Positions 20,727 to 31,082 of a DNA stretch of 64,000 nt are shown here, in pieces. Below the pieces are notes generated by a model. That model made no database searches. It worked only from the letters and a program-made list of their open reading frames with translations, and was not told where the DNA came from. The translations under genes were made by a program, and so were the position numbers. Source of the stretch: an uncultured Gemmatimonadales bacterium (lineage in GTDB: Bacteria; Gemmatimonadota; Gemmatimonadetes; Gemmatimonadales; Gemmatimonadaceae); the NCBI GenBank assembly GCA_963851265.1, contig CAWKNZ010000002.1:1504001-1568000 (forward strand), in the 5' to 3' direction. Position 1 is the stretch's first letter. Each line of letters begins with the position of its first letter.

Positions 20727-22817
20727 CTACCCGACGCGGAACAGCTCCATCGCGCGGGCGTACCGCGCGCCGAGGATCGCGCGGAACTCACGGTGCTCCG
20801 GGCGCGCCAGCTCCGGATCGCTCGCGAGCAGCAGGTCGGCCGACGCGCGCGCGCGGAGGTTGAGTTCCTCGTCGCGCACGGGGTCGGCGATGCGGAACGC
20901 GGGATCGCCGCTCTGCTGCTTGCCGAACAGGTCGCCCATTCCCCGCAGCTGCAGGTCGGCGCGCGCGATCTCGAACCCGTCCTCCGTGCCGACGAACACG
21001 CGCAGCCGTTCGGCCGCCTCGTTGCCGACGTCGCCGAGCAGCACGCAGTAGCTCTGCTCGCCGCCGCGCCCGACGCGCCCGCGCAGCTGGTGCAGCTGTG
21101 AGAGGCCGAAACGCTCAGGGTGCTCGATCAGCATCACCGTCGCGTTCGCGACGTCGATGCCGACCTCGATCACCGTCGTGGCCACGAGCACGTCGAGCTC
21201 GCCGTCGCGGAAGGCGCGCATCACTGCGTCCTTGTCGTCCCCCGGAAGCTTGCCGTGCAGCAACCCGAGCCTGCGGTGCGCGAGCGCGCCGCCGCGCAGC
21301 TCGTCGAAGGCCACGGTCGCGGCCTTGAGGTCGAGCTTTTCGCTCTCGGCGACCAGTGGGTAGACGATGTACGCCTGCCGCCCGGCCGCGACCTGCTGGT
21401 CGACGAAGGCGAGCACGCGGTCGCGCGCGTTCTCCGGGCGGAGCGCGCTCGTGATCGGACGGCGTCCCGGCGGCTTCTCGTCGAGGATGCTCACGTCGAG
21501 GTCGCCGTGCAGCGTGAGCGCGAGCGACCGCGGGATGGGGGTTGCCGTCATGAGCAGCACGTCGGGCGTGCGACCCTTCGCGCCTAACGCCTTCCGCTGC
21601 TCCACGCCGAACCGGTGCTGCTCGTCGATCGCGACGAAGCCGAGCCGCGCGAAGTGGGTCGCCTCCTGCACGAGCGCGTGCGTGCCGACCACGAGGAGCG
21701 GCTCGTCGCGCGCCATGCGCGCGGCCGCTTCGCGCCGCTCCCGCGCGCCGAGCCGGCCGGTGACGAGCACCGGTTCGATCCCGAGGGGCGCGAGGAGGCG
21801 CGCGAAGGTGCGCTGGTGCTGCTCGGCGAGCAGTTCGGTGGGCACCATCACGGCCGCCTGCGCGCCGTTCTCCATCGCGAGCAGCGAGGCGAACAGCGCG
21901 ACGATCGTCTTCCCGCTGCCGACGTCGCCCTGGAGCAACCGGTGCATCCGGCGCGCGCTCGTCATGTCGATCACGATCTCGCGGAGCGCGCGCGTCTGGG
22001 CGCCGGTCAGCTCGAACGGCAACGCGGCCTTCAGCTTGGACGTCAGGTCCCGCCGGTTGACGAGGGCCACCCCGTCGCGCCCCTCGCGCGCGATCGCGTT
22101 CGCGCGGCGGTGAAGGATCTGCCACGCGAGCAGTTCCTCGAACGCGAGCCGCGCGCGCCCGTCCAGCGCCTCGGCGATCGACGTCGGACGGTGCACCATG
22201 CGCAGCGCGTCGGGCAGGTCCGGGACGCCCGCGTCGCGCAGAATCGCCGCGGGTAGGTGCTCGCGAATTTGCGGCAGGAGCTCGTCGAGGTGCGCCTCGA
22301 TCAGCGCCCGGATCTGCTTGAAGCTGAGGCCCTCGGTCGCCGGGTACACCGACAGCACGCGACCGCCGACGGTGCCGGCGTCCTCGGGCCCGAGGTTGAC
22401 GAACTCGCGCGGCTGCAGCTGACGACCGTGGAAGAAGCGGACGCTACCACTCAGCAGGAGCATGTCGTTCTTCTGGATCACGCGGTCGAGGAACGGCTGG
22501 CCCGGCCAGCTCGCCTCGAGCATCCCGCTCGCGTCCTGCACCACCGCCTGGAAGATGCGGAGCCCCTTCCGCGTCGGCACCACGCCCTTGGAGATCACGC
22601 GCCCGATCACCGTGCCGTCCATCCCGGGTTCGAGCGCGGCGATCCGCGTGACGGTGCTCGCGTCCTCGTAGCGGTGCGGTACGTGGAGGAGGAGGTCGCG
22701 CGCGGTGTGAATTCCGAGGCGGCCGAGCGCTTCGGCGCGCGCCGGCCCCACGCCCTTGATGTAGGTGACCGGCGTGTCCAGCGTGAGGCGCGGGGCGGCG
22801 CTGCGCGACGCGGGCAC
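20727..22817 (-). CDS. recG: ATP-dependent DNA helicase RecG
   Basis: RLLQGDVGSGKT, DEQHRFGV, MTATPIPRSL, TTVIEVGID and QLHQLRGRVGRG motifs. Confidence 0.97.
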   Translation of the reverse strand: MPASRSAAPRLTLDTPVTYIKGVGPARAEALGRLGIHTARDLLLHVPHRYEDASTVTRIAALEPGMDGTVIGRVISKGVVPTRKGLRIFQAVVQDASGMLEASWPGQPFLDRVIQKNDMLLLSGSVRFFHGRQLQPREFVNLGPEDAGTVGGRVLSVYPATEGLSFKQIRALIEAHLDELLPQIREHLPAAILRDAGVPDLPDALRMVHRPTSIAEALDGRARLAFEELLAWQILHRRANAIAREGRDGVALVNRRDLTSKLKAALPFELTGAQTRALREIVIDMTSARRMHRLLQGDVGSGKTIVALFASLLAMENGAQAAVMVPTELLAEQHQRTFARLLAPLGIEPVLVTGRLGARERREAAARMARDEPLLVVGTHALVQEATHFARLGFVAIDEQHRFGVEQRKALGAKGRTPDVLLMTATPIPRSLALTLHGDLDVSILDEKPPGRRPITSALRPENARDRVLAFVDQQVAAGRQAYIVYPLVAESEKLDLKAATVAFDELRGGALAHRRLGLLHGKLPGDDKDAVMRAFRDGELDVLVATTVIEVGIDVANATVMLIEHPERFGLSQLHQLRGRVGRGGEQSYCVLLGDVGNEAAERLRVFVGTEDGFEIARADLQLRGMGDLFGKQQSGDPAFRIADPVRDEELNLRARASADLLLASDPELARPEHREFRAILGARYARAMELFRVG

Positions 22818-22826
22818 GGGTCCTCG

Positions 22827-23759
22827 CTACGCCTCGGCCAGCTCCCGCGCGAACGCGGCCGCGTCGAACGGCTCGAGATCGTCGGCCGCCTCGCCCGTCC
22901 CCACGAACTTGACCGGCAGGTCGAGCGCCTCGTGCACCGCGACCACCACACCACCCTTTGCGGTGCTGTCGAGTTTCGTCACCACGAGCCCGGTCACCGG
23001 CACGGCCTCGGCGAACTGCTTCGCCTGCTGCACCGCGTTCTGCCCGATGGTCCCGTCGAGCACGAGCAGCGTCTCGTGCGGCGCGCCCGGCAGGCGCTTC
23101 GCGATCACGCGATGCACCTTCTTCATCTCGTCCATCAGCCCGGCGCTCGTGTGCAGCCGCCCGGCGGTGTCGATGATCACCACGTCGACGCCGCGCGTGA
23201 CCGCGGCATCGACGGCGTCGAACGCGACCGCGGCCGGGTCGGTCCCGGCCTTCGCGCCGACGAAGTCCGCCCCGGAGCGCTCGGCCCACACGCGCAGCTG
23301 GTCGATGGCGCCCGCCCGGAACGTGTCGCCGGCGCCGACGAGCACGCGCTTACGCTCCTTCCGCAAGCGGGCGGCGAGCTTGCCGATGAAGGTCGTCTTC
23401 CCCGCCCCGTTCACACCGATGACGAGGATCACCGCCGGTCCGCTCGCCGGCATGTTCAGCGCGACGTCGCTATTCCCTTCCCGCAGTTCCGCTTCGACCA
23501 ACCGACGGAGCGCGTCCTGGAATTCGTGCTCGGTCCGGATGAACCCCTTCTGCGCGTAGCCACCGATCTTGTCGACGAGCGCGAGCGTCGTCGGCACGCC
23601 GAAGTCGGCGGCGAGCAGCCCTTCCTCCAGCTGTTCGAGCGATCCCTCGCGCACGCCGCCGCGCAGGATTACCCCGACGTCCGCATTCGCGATGTCCTTG
23701 AACCGCTGCCAGAGTGAGCGTTTCGGGGCGTCGCCTTCGCGACGAAAGAGCCGAGCCAT
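22827..23759 (-). CDS. ftsY: Signal recognition particle receptor FtsY (short NG-type form)
   Basis: GVNGAGKTT, DTFRAGA, DTAGRLH, TKLDSTAKGG and GTGE motifs. Confidence 0.96.
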   Translation of the reverse strand: MARLFRREGDAPKRSLWQRFKDIANADVGVILRGGVREGSLEQLEEGLLAADFGVPTTLALVDKIGGYAQKGFIRTEHEFQDALRRLVEAELREGNSDVALNMPASGPAVILVIGVNGAGKTTFIGKLAARLRKERKRVLVGAGDTFRAGAIDQLRVWAERSGADFVGAKAGTDPAAVAFDAVDAAVTRGVDVVIIDTAGRLHTSAGLMDEMKKVHRVIAKRLPGAPHETLLVLDGTIGQNAVQQAKQFAEAVPVTGLVVTKLDSTAKGGVVVAVHEALDLPVKFVGTGEAADDLEPFDAAAFARELAEA

Positions 23760-23823
23760 GAACGGAAGGTTTGCGGGCGAAGAAGAGCGCCGTGCCGAAG
23801 CACGTGCGAGATGCGCGGCCGTG

Positions 23824-25680
23824 CTAGCGGAGCCCGAGCCGGCGCCGCGCGCCCCACTCGGCGCACAGTAACAGCGTCGCCGCCGCGAGGGGCCAGCCCG
23901 GAGTGATGGGCGTGGTCGGCGCGCCGGTCGTCGCGCGGGCCACTCCGACCGGGCCCGATCGCACGGACGCTCGGCGTGGGAGCAGTTCGGCCGACGCGTT
24001 CACGACGAGCAGTCCGCCACCCGCCACGTCGTACACCCCGGGCGCCGGAGAGTCGCTCCGCAGCTCGCCCGTCGCCGGATCGCGGCGCGCCGTGAGCGAG
24101 AGCGTGTCGCGCGTGTCGCGGCGCACCAGCCGAACGCGCGCGATACTGTCGGCCGGCCGTACGCCGCGCCAGCGGATCGCCGCGCCCGAGCGCACCGCCA
24201 GTTCGGCGGGTGTGACGTTCGGCGTCGCGGCCGCGGGCGCATCTGCGAGCCAGTCGAACAGCGCGCCCCAGAGGGCCGGGGCGGCGACTGCGCCCGCGCC
24301 GCCGCGAAACGACCAGCGCCAGAATCCGGCGCCCGAGACGATCGCGACCCGCCGCCCCGACGCCTCCGTTCCACCCCCGACGACCGCGCGCGGCGGGCCA
24401 CGCCGCCCGGCGCGCGCGACGACGCCCGTCCATCGTTGCGCGAGGCCGCGGGTCGCCGCGAGCGCATCTCCGCCGCCCGGCGCCAGATTGAGCGGCGGGA
24501 GACTGTCCCACGACAGGTCGCTGATCGCAGCGAGCGGGCCCGAGGCGCCCGACGGTCCGGCATACCAGTCCGTCGTGGTGTCTACGGCATCGACTGCCGG
24601 GAGGAGGGCGAGCGCCCCGCGTCCGAGCGCGCGGGGGCTGCCGAGTGCGGCGGTGTCCCCATGCAACACGAGGAGACCCGCCCCGGCCGCCGCGGCACGG
24701 ACGTCCGCCTCGCGAGCCGGTGCGAGCGTGCCCGCAACGCGCCACTCGCCCGGCGCCACGCGGTAGTACGCCCGCACCGGTACGGCGAGCGCGCCTCGGA
24801 GGACCGAGAGCGCCTGCCCGACGTCGTAGTCCGGCGCGGTGCTGACCACGACGGCGCGAGGCGCAGACGTCACGCCGATCGCGCGCGACGCGGTGTCGTT
24901 TCGGGGATCGCGGTCACCCCGTCCGGCGACGAAGGCCGCGAGAACGCCGGTGTGCGCGCGCACGTCGGCGCCAATCGGGACGCGAACCGTCACCGTCGCG
25001 CGGGCGAAGGCGCCCAACGCGGACAGCGGCCGCTCGATTGGCGCGCCGCCGTCGAGGCGAACACCGACGCGACCCGGCATCGCGCCCGCCGAATCGGCCG
25101 CGACGGTGACGGTGACGGTCGCGGTGTCGCCGGGCGCGACGTCCGTGGGGGCGTCGACGTCGACGACGGCCGCGTCCGCCGCGCGTGCCGGGCGCAGGAC
25201 GAGCACGCGCGATCCCGCCGGAGCGCGAGCGAGCGCTTCGGGGTCGTCGACCTCGCCGTCGCTCACGAGCACCAACGCCCGTCCGGCCGCCGCCGCCGAG
25301 TCGGCGGCCCCGGCGACGCGGCTGGCGCGGTCGCGCGGTACGCGCACGCTGGCCCCGGGCGCGACGCGCAACGACTCCCCGACGGCTACGACGGGCGCAC
25401 CACCGGTGGACGCGATGCGCGCCGCGCTGTCGCGGGCCGCACCGATCGCGCTCGCGTCGGTCGCCCGGGTCCAACTGGCCGAGGCGTCGAGCGCGACGAG
25501 CGGCGTGTCACGCTGCGCGTTGGGCACTGGTGCGCCGAGCGCGACGGCGGTAACGAGTGTCGTTGCCAAGGCGCGCGCGGCGGCGAGCCAGCCGAACGCG
25601 GCGCGGCGTCGGGCGGCCGGCAGGTAGCCGAGCAGCGCGACCGCGATCCCGACGGTCGCTGCCGCGAGCCAAGCCGTCAC
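23824..25680 (-). CDS. Hypothetical membrane protein with degenerate vWA-like, Ig/CARDB-like and glutamine-amidotransferase-like regions
   Basis: N-terminal TMs, LDASAS and LVSDG MIDAS-like elements, DPRND, GFWRW, C-terminal LLCAEWGARRRLGLR; start approximate. Confidence 0.65.
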   Translation of the reverse strand: MTAWLAAATVGIAVALLGYLPAARRRAAFGWLAAARALATTLVTAVALGAPVPNAQRDTPLVALDASASWTRATDASAIGAARDSAARIASTGGAPVVAVGESLRVAPGASVRVPRDRASRVAGAADSAAAAGRALVLVSDGEVDDPEALARAPAGSRVLVLRPARAADAAVVDVDAPTDVAPGDTATVTVTVAADSAGAMPGRVGVRLDGGAPIERPLSALGAFARATVTVRVPIGADVRAHTGVLAAFVAGRGDRDPRNDTASRAIGVTSAPRAVVVSTAPDYDVGQALSVLRGALAVPVRAYYRVAPGEWRVAGTLAPAREADVRAAAAGAGLLVLHGDTAALGSPRALGRGALALLPAVDAVDTTTDWYAGPSGASGPLAAISDLSWDSLPPLNLAPGGGDALAATRGLAQRWTGVVARAGRRGPPRAVVGGGTEASGRRVAIVSGAGFWRWSFRGGAGAVAAPALWGALFDWLADAPAAATPNVTPAELAVRSGAAIRWRGVRPADSIARVRLVRRDTRDTLSLTARRDPATGELRSDSPAPGVYDVAGGGLLVVNASAELLPRRASVRSGPVGVARATTGAPTTPITPGWPLAAATLLLCAEWGARRRLGLR

Positions 25681-25786
25681 TCGGCTCGAGAGTTCGAGTC
25701 GCGCTGCGTCGTCGGCTCGCCACGAAGCCGCGCGGGCGACCGGTCGCGGCACGCCCGCCACGACCGCGGCAGGCGCACCGCGCGGC

Positions 25787-27118
25787 TCACCCGCCGGCGG
25801 CTGCGGCGGTGCGCACCGCGGCCACCGTCGCCGGCCGGTCCGGGCCGAGGAGCCGCGCACGCAGCGCGTCGAACGCCGCTCGGTCACGCGCCGGAAGCAT
25901 CGCGGCCGCGCCATCCTGGAGCGCCGACCGCGGATCGCGCTGCGCGCCGCCGAGAAGCATCTCGAAGTGCAGGTGCGGTGCGGTGGCGAGCCCCGTCATG
26001 CCGACGAAACCAATCGTGCGCCCCATCGCCACCGGGGTGCCGGCCCGCACGCCGCGCGCGAACGCCCGCAAGTGACCGTACCGGCTCACGTATCCGTTCG
26101 CGTGGCGCACCTCGAGCACGTTGCCGTAGCCACCGTGTCGGCCGGCGAACACGACGGTGCCGTCACCGACCGCGCGGACCGGCGTGCCCGCGGCGGCGGC
26201 GTAGTCGGTCCCCGTGTGCATTTTCCAGATTCCGAGGATCGGGTGCTCGCGCATCCCGAAGGTGCTCGACACGCGTCGGAACGCGAGTGGCGCGCGCAGG
26301 AACGGCGCACGCAGCGACTTTCCGAACTGGTCGAAGTACTGCCCGGTCGTGTCGGAACGGGAGCCCGGGACGGGGCGAAAACGTACCGCCTGCACGGCCT
26401 CACCGCCGACGGTGAGCGCGACGGCGACGACGTGACCCGCGCGCGGCGTTCCGGCCGGGTCGATCTCGCGTTCGACGAGCACGCGCAACGAGTCGCCGCG
26501 CTCGAGGTCGCGTTCGACGTCGACGCGGTGTTCGAAGATGTGCGCGAGGTTGTCCACCAAGTGTGAACGCGCGTCGTGCGGCAGGCGTTCGCCGACCGCG
26601 GCATGGATGGCGTCGTAGAGCGTCGAGGCGACCGTGGCGCGCACGCTGATGGTGTCCGTGTGCCACGGCAGGCGTTCCTCGCGTGCGCGCCAGGCACCGG
26701 CGAGGAAGTCGAGGTGCACCAGGCGGTCGACGGCGGTCCGCGCGATGACTTCGGCCGCGGTCGAGTCGGCCCCGACCCGGCGCGTGGTGACCGCGACGCC
26801 GGAGGGCAACGCGCCTAGGGTCTGCGTCGCGCCGTGTGCCGCGGCCGCCGCGGCGACGCGGCTGAGGCCAGCGCGCACCAGGAGGTCGGCGAGGGTTTCT
26901 CGCTGGCCGAGGGTGTCGACGCGCTCGCGGACGAGCGGGAGCGCGAGGCGGCCCGCAGTCGGCGGCGCGGGCGCGAAGGCGGGGTGCGTGCGCGCGGGCG
27001 CGCGGCCGGTTTGCGCGACGATCGCCGCGGCCGCGAGCACGACCGTCAGGGTCACGGACGCGGTCGGGCGGCGCGGGAGCGGGGCGTTCGACGACGTGCG
27101 GCGATCAGGGTGGGACAA
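25787..27118 (-). CDS. M23 family peptidoglycan DD-metalloendopeptidase (MepM-like)
   Basis: HPILG..MHTGTDYAA..GTPV, GYGN, YGHL and TGLATAPHLHFE motifs. Confidence 0.9.
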   Translation of the reverse strand: MSHPDRRTSSNAPLPRRPTASVTLTVVLAAAAIVAQTGRAPARTHPAFAPAPPTAGRLALPLVRERVDTLGQRETLADLLVRAGLSRVAAAAAAHGATQTLGALPSGVAVTTRRVGADSTAAEVIARTAVDRLVHLDFLAGAWRAREERLPWHTDTISVRATVASTLYDAIHAAVGERLPHDARSHLVDNLAHIFEHRVDVERDLERGDSLRVLVEREIDPAGTPRAGHVVAVALTVGGEAVQAVRFRPVPGSRSDTTGQYFDQFGKSLRAPFLRAPLAFRRVSSTFGMREHPILGIWKMHTGTDYAAAAGTPVRAVGDGTVVFAGRHGGYGNVLEVRHANGYVSRYGHLRAFARGVRAGTPVAMGRTIGFVGMTGLATAPHLHFEMLLGGAQRDPRSALQDGAAAMLPARDRAAFDALRARLLGPDRPATVAAVRTAAAAGG

Positions 27119-27169
27119 CGAGCGGCGGGATGGGCCGCCGTGCGAGCGGCCGGGGCTGGGCCCGGGCCG

Positions 27170-28375
27170 TCAGTCCATCTGGCGGCGGATGAACGTGGGG
27201 ATCTCCATGTCGCTGAGATCCTGCGCCGGAAGGCGCTCGGGGGGAACGTACGGCGTCGCGCGCGCGCGCGGGGCCTCGGCGGCCGGGGCGGCGCGCGGCG
27301 CCGGGGAGATGACGCGCGAACCGCCGAGCGGGGTACGGTCGCGGCTGTCACGGTTGAACGGCAGGACGTTGGGCCCCTTCACCGCGTCGCCGGCCGACGA
27401 CCCGCCGAGCGCGAGCACCTTGTCGAACCCGGTCGCGATCACCGTCACGCGGATCTCGCCCTGCATCGCGGGCTCGTGCACCGCGCCGAAGATGATCTCG
27501 GCGTCATCCCCGACGGCGTCGTGGACGATCTCGTTGATCTGGTGCACTTCGCCTAACGTCAGGTCGGCGCCGCCGGTGATGTTGACGAGCACGCCCGTCG
27601 CGCCCGACACGCTCACGTTGTCGAGCAGCGGCGACGAGATCGCCTGCTGCGCGGCCTCCATGGCGCGGTTCTCGCCGCGACCCATCCCCGTGCCCATGAG
27701 TGCCGAGCCGCCGTTCTGCATGACGGTGCGCACGTCGGCGAAGTCGACGTTCACGAGGCCGGTCACCGAGATGAGCGACGAGATGCCCTGCGTCGCGTGC
27801 AGCAGGACCTCGTCGGCCTTCTTGAGCGCGTCCTGGAACGGGATCCCCTTTCCGACGACGGCGAGCAGGCGCTCGTTAGGCACGACGATCATCGTGTCCA
27901 CGTGCTTGCGCATCTCGCTGATCCCCTGCTCCGCCTGGCGCATGCGCTTGCGCCCCTCGAACAGGAACGGCTTGGTGACGATGCCGACGGTGAGCGAGCC
28001 CGCCTCGCGGGCGAGCTCCGCCACCACCGGCGCCGCGCCCGTGCCCGTCCCGCCGCCCATCCCGCACGTGATGAACACGAGGTCGGTGTTCGCGACGACG
28101 CGACTCACCTCGTCGCGGTTCTCGTCCACGGCCTGACGCCCGATCTCGGGGCGCGCGCCCGCGCCGAGCCCGCGCGTGAGCTTCTTCCCGATCTGGATCT
28201 TCACGTCGCTCTTCGATCCGAGGAGCGCTTGCGCGTCCGTGTTGACCGAGATGAACTCGACACCTTCCAGGTGCTCCTCGATCATGCGGTTGACGGCGTT
28301 GCCGCCGCCGCCGCCAACGCCCACGACTTTCATGCGGGCGTTTTGCGCGGCGCTCTCCTCGAACTCGAAGATCAT
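27170..28375 (-). CDS. ftsZ: Cell division protein FtsZ
   Basis: [33 protein letters not shown] and C-terminal [11 protein letters not shown]. Confidence 0.98.
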   Translation of the reverse strand: MIFEFEESAAQNARMKVVGVGGGGGNAVNRMIEEHLEGVEFISVNTDAQALLGSKSDVKIQIGKKLTRGLGAGARPEIGRQAVDENRDEVSRVVANTDLVFITCGMGGGTGTGAAPVVAELAREAGSLTVGIVTKPFLFEGRKRMRQAEQGISEMRKHVDTMIVVPNERLLAVVGKGIPFQDALKKADEVLLHATQGISSLISVTGLVNVDFADVRTVMQNGGSALMGTGMGRGENRAMEAAQQAISSPLLDNVSVSGATGVLVNITGGADLTLGEVHQINEIVHDAVGDDAEIIFGAVHEPAMQGEIRVTVIATGFDKVLALGGSSAGDAVKGPNVLPFNRDSRDRTPLGGSRVISPAPRAAPAAEAPRARATPYVPPERLPAQDLSDMEIPTFIRRQMD

Positions 28376-28766
28376 TCGGACGCGACTCCGGAAAACTGCA
28401 GGGGTGGTGGATGCGGCGCACAGTGGCGTCGCGATGACCGGGGTGACCGGGCGTCGATCGCGCGCGCCGCGCGTCTCACGCGCGCGGCGTCCGGCGTGTC
28501 AAGCCGCGCCTGGGAGGGGGAGGGCGGCGCGCCGGCGGTAACGGAACCGAGGCCGAATATAACGAGCGCCGTCCGCGCTGCCACCGCGGCAAGTTGTGCC
28601 CGGCACGACGTGCCGAACGGCACACACGACTGCACTCAGAACGACACGCCGGAGCTCGCGTCGCGTGGTAGTCTGTGCGCTACGCCACACGCGCCACGCG
28701 CGCGGCACCGACACACGTGCGTCGGTCGCGCGTGAACGCTGGCGCAACGCGCGCGCCGCGGTAACG

Positions 28767-30032
28767 TCAGAAAAAATCCTGCAGCCAAAGCTTCGCGCGC
28801 TCGCGCCACTTGTCGACGGACGGCGCGCCCGGGGACGCGCGCCGCGGGGCGACGCCGGCGGTCGTGGTGCCCAACGCCGCGCGCGACGCGCCGTAGAGCG
28901 CGAGTCCCGCGACCGTCGCCTCGCGCGGCGTGTCGAGCGTCTCGCGCAACCCCGTCACGGCGTCGAGCGGACGGCCGACGCGCACCGTCGCGCCGAAGAC
29001 GTCGCGCGCGAGCTCCGCCGTTCCTGGAAGCTCCGCACCACCGCCGGTCAGGACGTACCCGCCGCCCACCTTGGCGCCAAAGCCGGCGTCGTGCACGCCT
29101 CGCACGACGAGGTCGAAGATCTCGTCGAGGCGCTGGTGGATGATGTGCGCGAGCAACTCGCGCGGCACCTCGCGGCTCGCGTGGGTCGCCGAGCCGGGAA
29201 GCGCGATCACCTCGTCGCCCGAGACCAACGTCTCGAGCGCGGCCCCGTACTGCTCCTTCAACTGCTCGGCGTCCGAGTGCGACACGTTGACGCCGTGCAC
29301 GAGATCGCTCGTCACGTGCGCGCCGCCGTAGGGGACGGTCGCGAGGTGGCGGATCTTTCCCTCGTGGAACACCGCGACGTCGGTGGCCGACGCGCCCATC
29401 TCGACGAGGGTGACGCCGAGTTCTTTCTCGTCCTCCGTCAACACGGCGAGCGCGCTCGCGAGCGGCTCGAGGACGAGCTCGCGCACGCGGTGGCCCGCGC
29501 GCTCCACCGCCTTGCGGACGTTGGCCGCCGGCTGACTGCCGATGGTCACGAGATACATCTCGGTCTCGAGCCGCATGCCGTTCATCCCGACCGGATCCTG
29601 GATGCCCGCGGTGCGGTCGACGGTGTACTCCTGCGGGATCGCGTGCAGCAACTCGCGGTCCGGCGGGATGGCGAGCGCGCGCGCGACGCCGTTCACGCGG
29701 TCGACGTCGGCGCGCGTGATCTCGTCGCCGGCCACCGCGACGATGCCCTGACTGGTCACCGCGCGCACGTGCTCGCCGGCGATGCCGCAGTACACGCCGT
29801 CCGGGCGCGCGCCGGCCATCCGCTCCGCCTCATCGAGCGCGGTCCGCACGGAGCGCGTCGCCTCCTCGATGTCGGCGATCGCGCCGCGGCGCAGCCCGGT
29901 GGTGCGCGCCTGGCCGACGCCTAACACGCGCACGCCGGGGCGGCGCGGCAGCTCGCCGACGACCTCGGCGATCACGGCCGTGGTGCGCGCCGACCCGATG
30001 TCGAGTCCGGCGACGATGCGTTCCTGCTTCAT
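28767..30032 (-). CDS. ftsA: Cell division protein FtsA
   Basis: GLDIGS, DPVGM, LEPLASALAVLTEDEKELG, LTGGGA and C-terminal amphipathic WLQDFF. Confidence 0.96.
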   Translation of the reverse strand: MKQERIVAGLDIGSARTTAVIAEVVGELPRRPGVRVLGVGQARTTGLRRGAIADIEEATRSVRTALDEAERMAGARPDGVYCGIAGEHVRAVTSQGIVAVAGDEITRADVDRVNGVARALAIPPDRELLHAIPQEYTVDRTAGIQDPVGMNGMRLETEMYLVTIGSQPAANVRKAVERAGHRVRELVLEPLASALAVLTEDEKELGVTLVEMGASATDVAVFHEGKIRHLATVPYGGAHVTSDLVHGVNVSHSDAEQLKEQYGAALETLVSGDEVIALPGSATHASREVPRELLAHIIHQRLDEIFDLVVRGVHDAGFGAKVGGGYVLTGGGAELPGTAELARDVFGATVRVGRPLDAVTGLRETLDTPREATVAGLALYGASRAALGTTTAGVAPRRASPGAPSVDKWRERAKLWLQDFF

Positions 30033-30092
30033 GCGAAGGGGCGTGCGGGGAGGGCGCTGCTGGTACGGCGCAAGGAAGGGGGCCGCCGGGCG

Positions 30093-31082
30093 CTACGGCA
30101 GGCGCGCGACGACCTGGTCGCGAAAGCGGAGGTCCAGCTCGGCCGCGCGCACGCCGCGGCGCGCGAGGTCGCGCTCGACGGGGTCGAGCTCGGCGAAGCG
30201 AGCCGCGTCGACGTCGACCGCGGCTCGGACGAGCACGGGGGCGGCCGGCGCGGCGTCCGCGTTAGGCGCTGCGCCGGGCGCGGCCACCGCCGGAGGTGCG
30301 GCGGCGAGCACGAAATCGAGCTCGTCGTGCTCCCGAGCGGGAGCGCCCGGCGCGGCGCGTCGCGCGCCGAACCCGAGCGGCGTCGCCGACGGCGGCGCGG
30401 CCCTCGGCGCGCGTGCCGCCTCGAGCACCCGCGCGTACACGCGGGGCGCGTCGGCGCGCAACGCGCCGAGCGCGCGCAGCAAAGACGGGTCCGCACTGGC
30501 CGCGAGCGGCACGTCGAGCCCGCCGACCCGCGACGGGGCGAGCGGGAGCGCCGCTCCGGTCGCGTCGTACACGACCAGCGCGCCGCGCGCCCCCGTCACG
30601 ACCGCCACGGGCACGCGCTCGCGCACCACGACGCGCAGCACGCCGGGCAGCCGGCGTTCGACGCGCGCCTCCGCGACGAGCGGGTCGGCCGCGATGCGGC
30701 GGGTCATCGCGTCGAGGTCGGCCCAGACCGACACCGACGTGTCGACGGCCAGTCGCGCGACGAGCGCGCGCGGCGAGGCGTAGCGCGCGCCCTCGATCTC
30801 CACACGCCGGACGCGGAAGAACGCGAGCCGCGACAGCGCGCGCGGCCCCCACCACCCCGCCGACGCGATCGCGCCGAGCGCGCCGGCCACGGCGGCCGTC
30901 CAGACCGCACGTCGCACGCGGGCGCGGCGCCGCGAGGCGGGGGCCACCGCGTCCGCGGGCGTCGGCTCCGCGCCCGCGCCGCCCTCGCGGCCCGGTGCGT
31001 TAGGCGGTGCGGCCGCGCCGCGGCGCGCCCGCGTGCTCGCCGGGGCGGGCGCGGCGTCGGGCGGCGACAACAGGCCGTTCAC
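30093..31082 (-). CDS. ftsQ: Cell division protein FtsQ/DivIB
   Basis: Single TM, POTRA region (FRVRRVEIEG...VERRLPG...ERVP), C-terminal DLRFRDQVV; position between murC and ftsA. Confidence 0.85.
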   Translation of the reverse strand: MNGLLSPPDAAPAPASTRARRGAAAPPNAPGREGGAGAEPTPADAVAPASRRRARVRRAVWTAAVAGALGAIASAGWWGPRALSRLAFFRVRRVEIEGARYASPRALVARLAVDTSVSVWADLDAMTRRIAADPLVAEARVERRLPGVLRVVVRERVPVAVVTGARGALVVYDATGAALPLAPSRVGGLDVPLAASADPSLLRALGALRADAPRVYARVLEAARAPRAAPPSATPLGFGARRAAPGAPAREHDELDFVLAAAPPAVAAPGAAPNADAAPAAPVLVRAAVDVDAARFAELDPVERDLARRGVRAAELDLRFRDQVVARLP

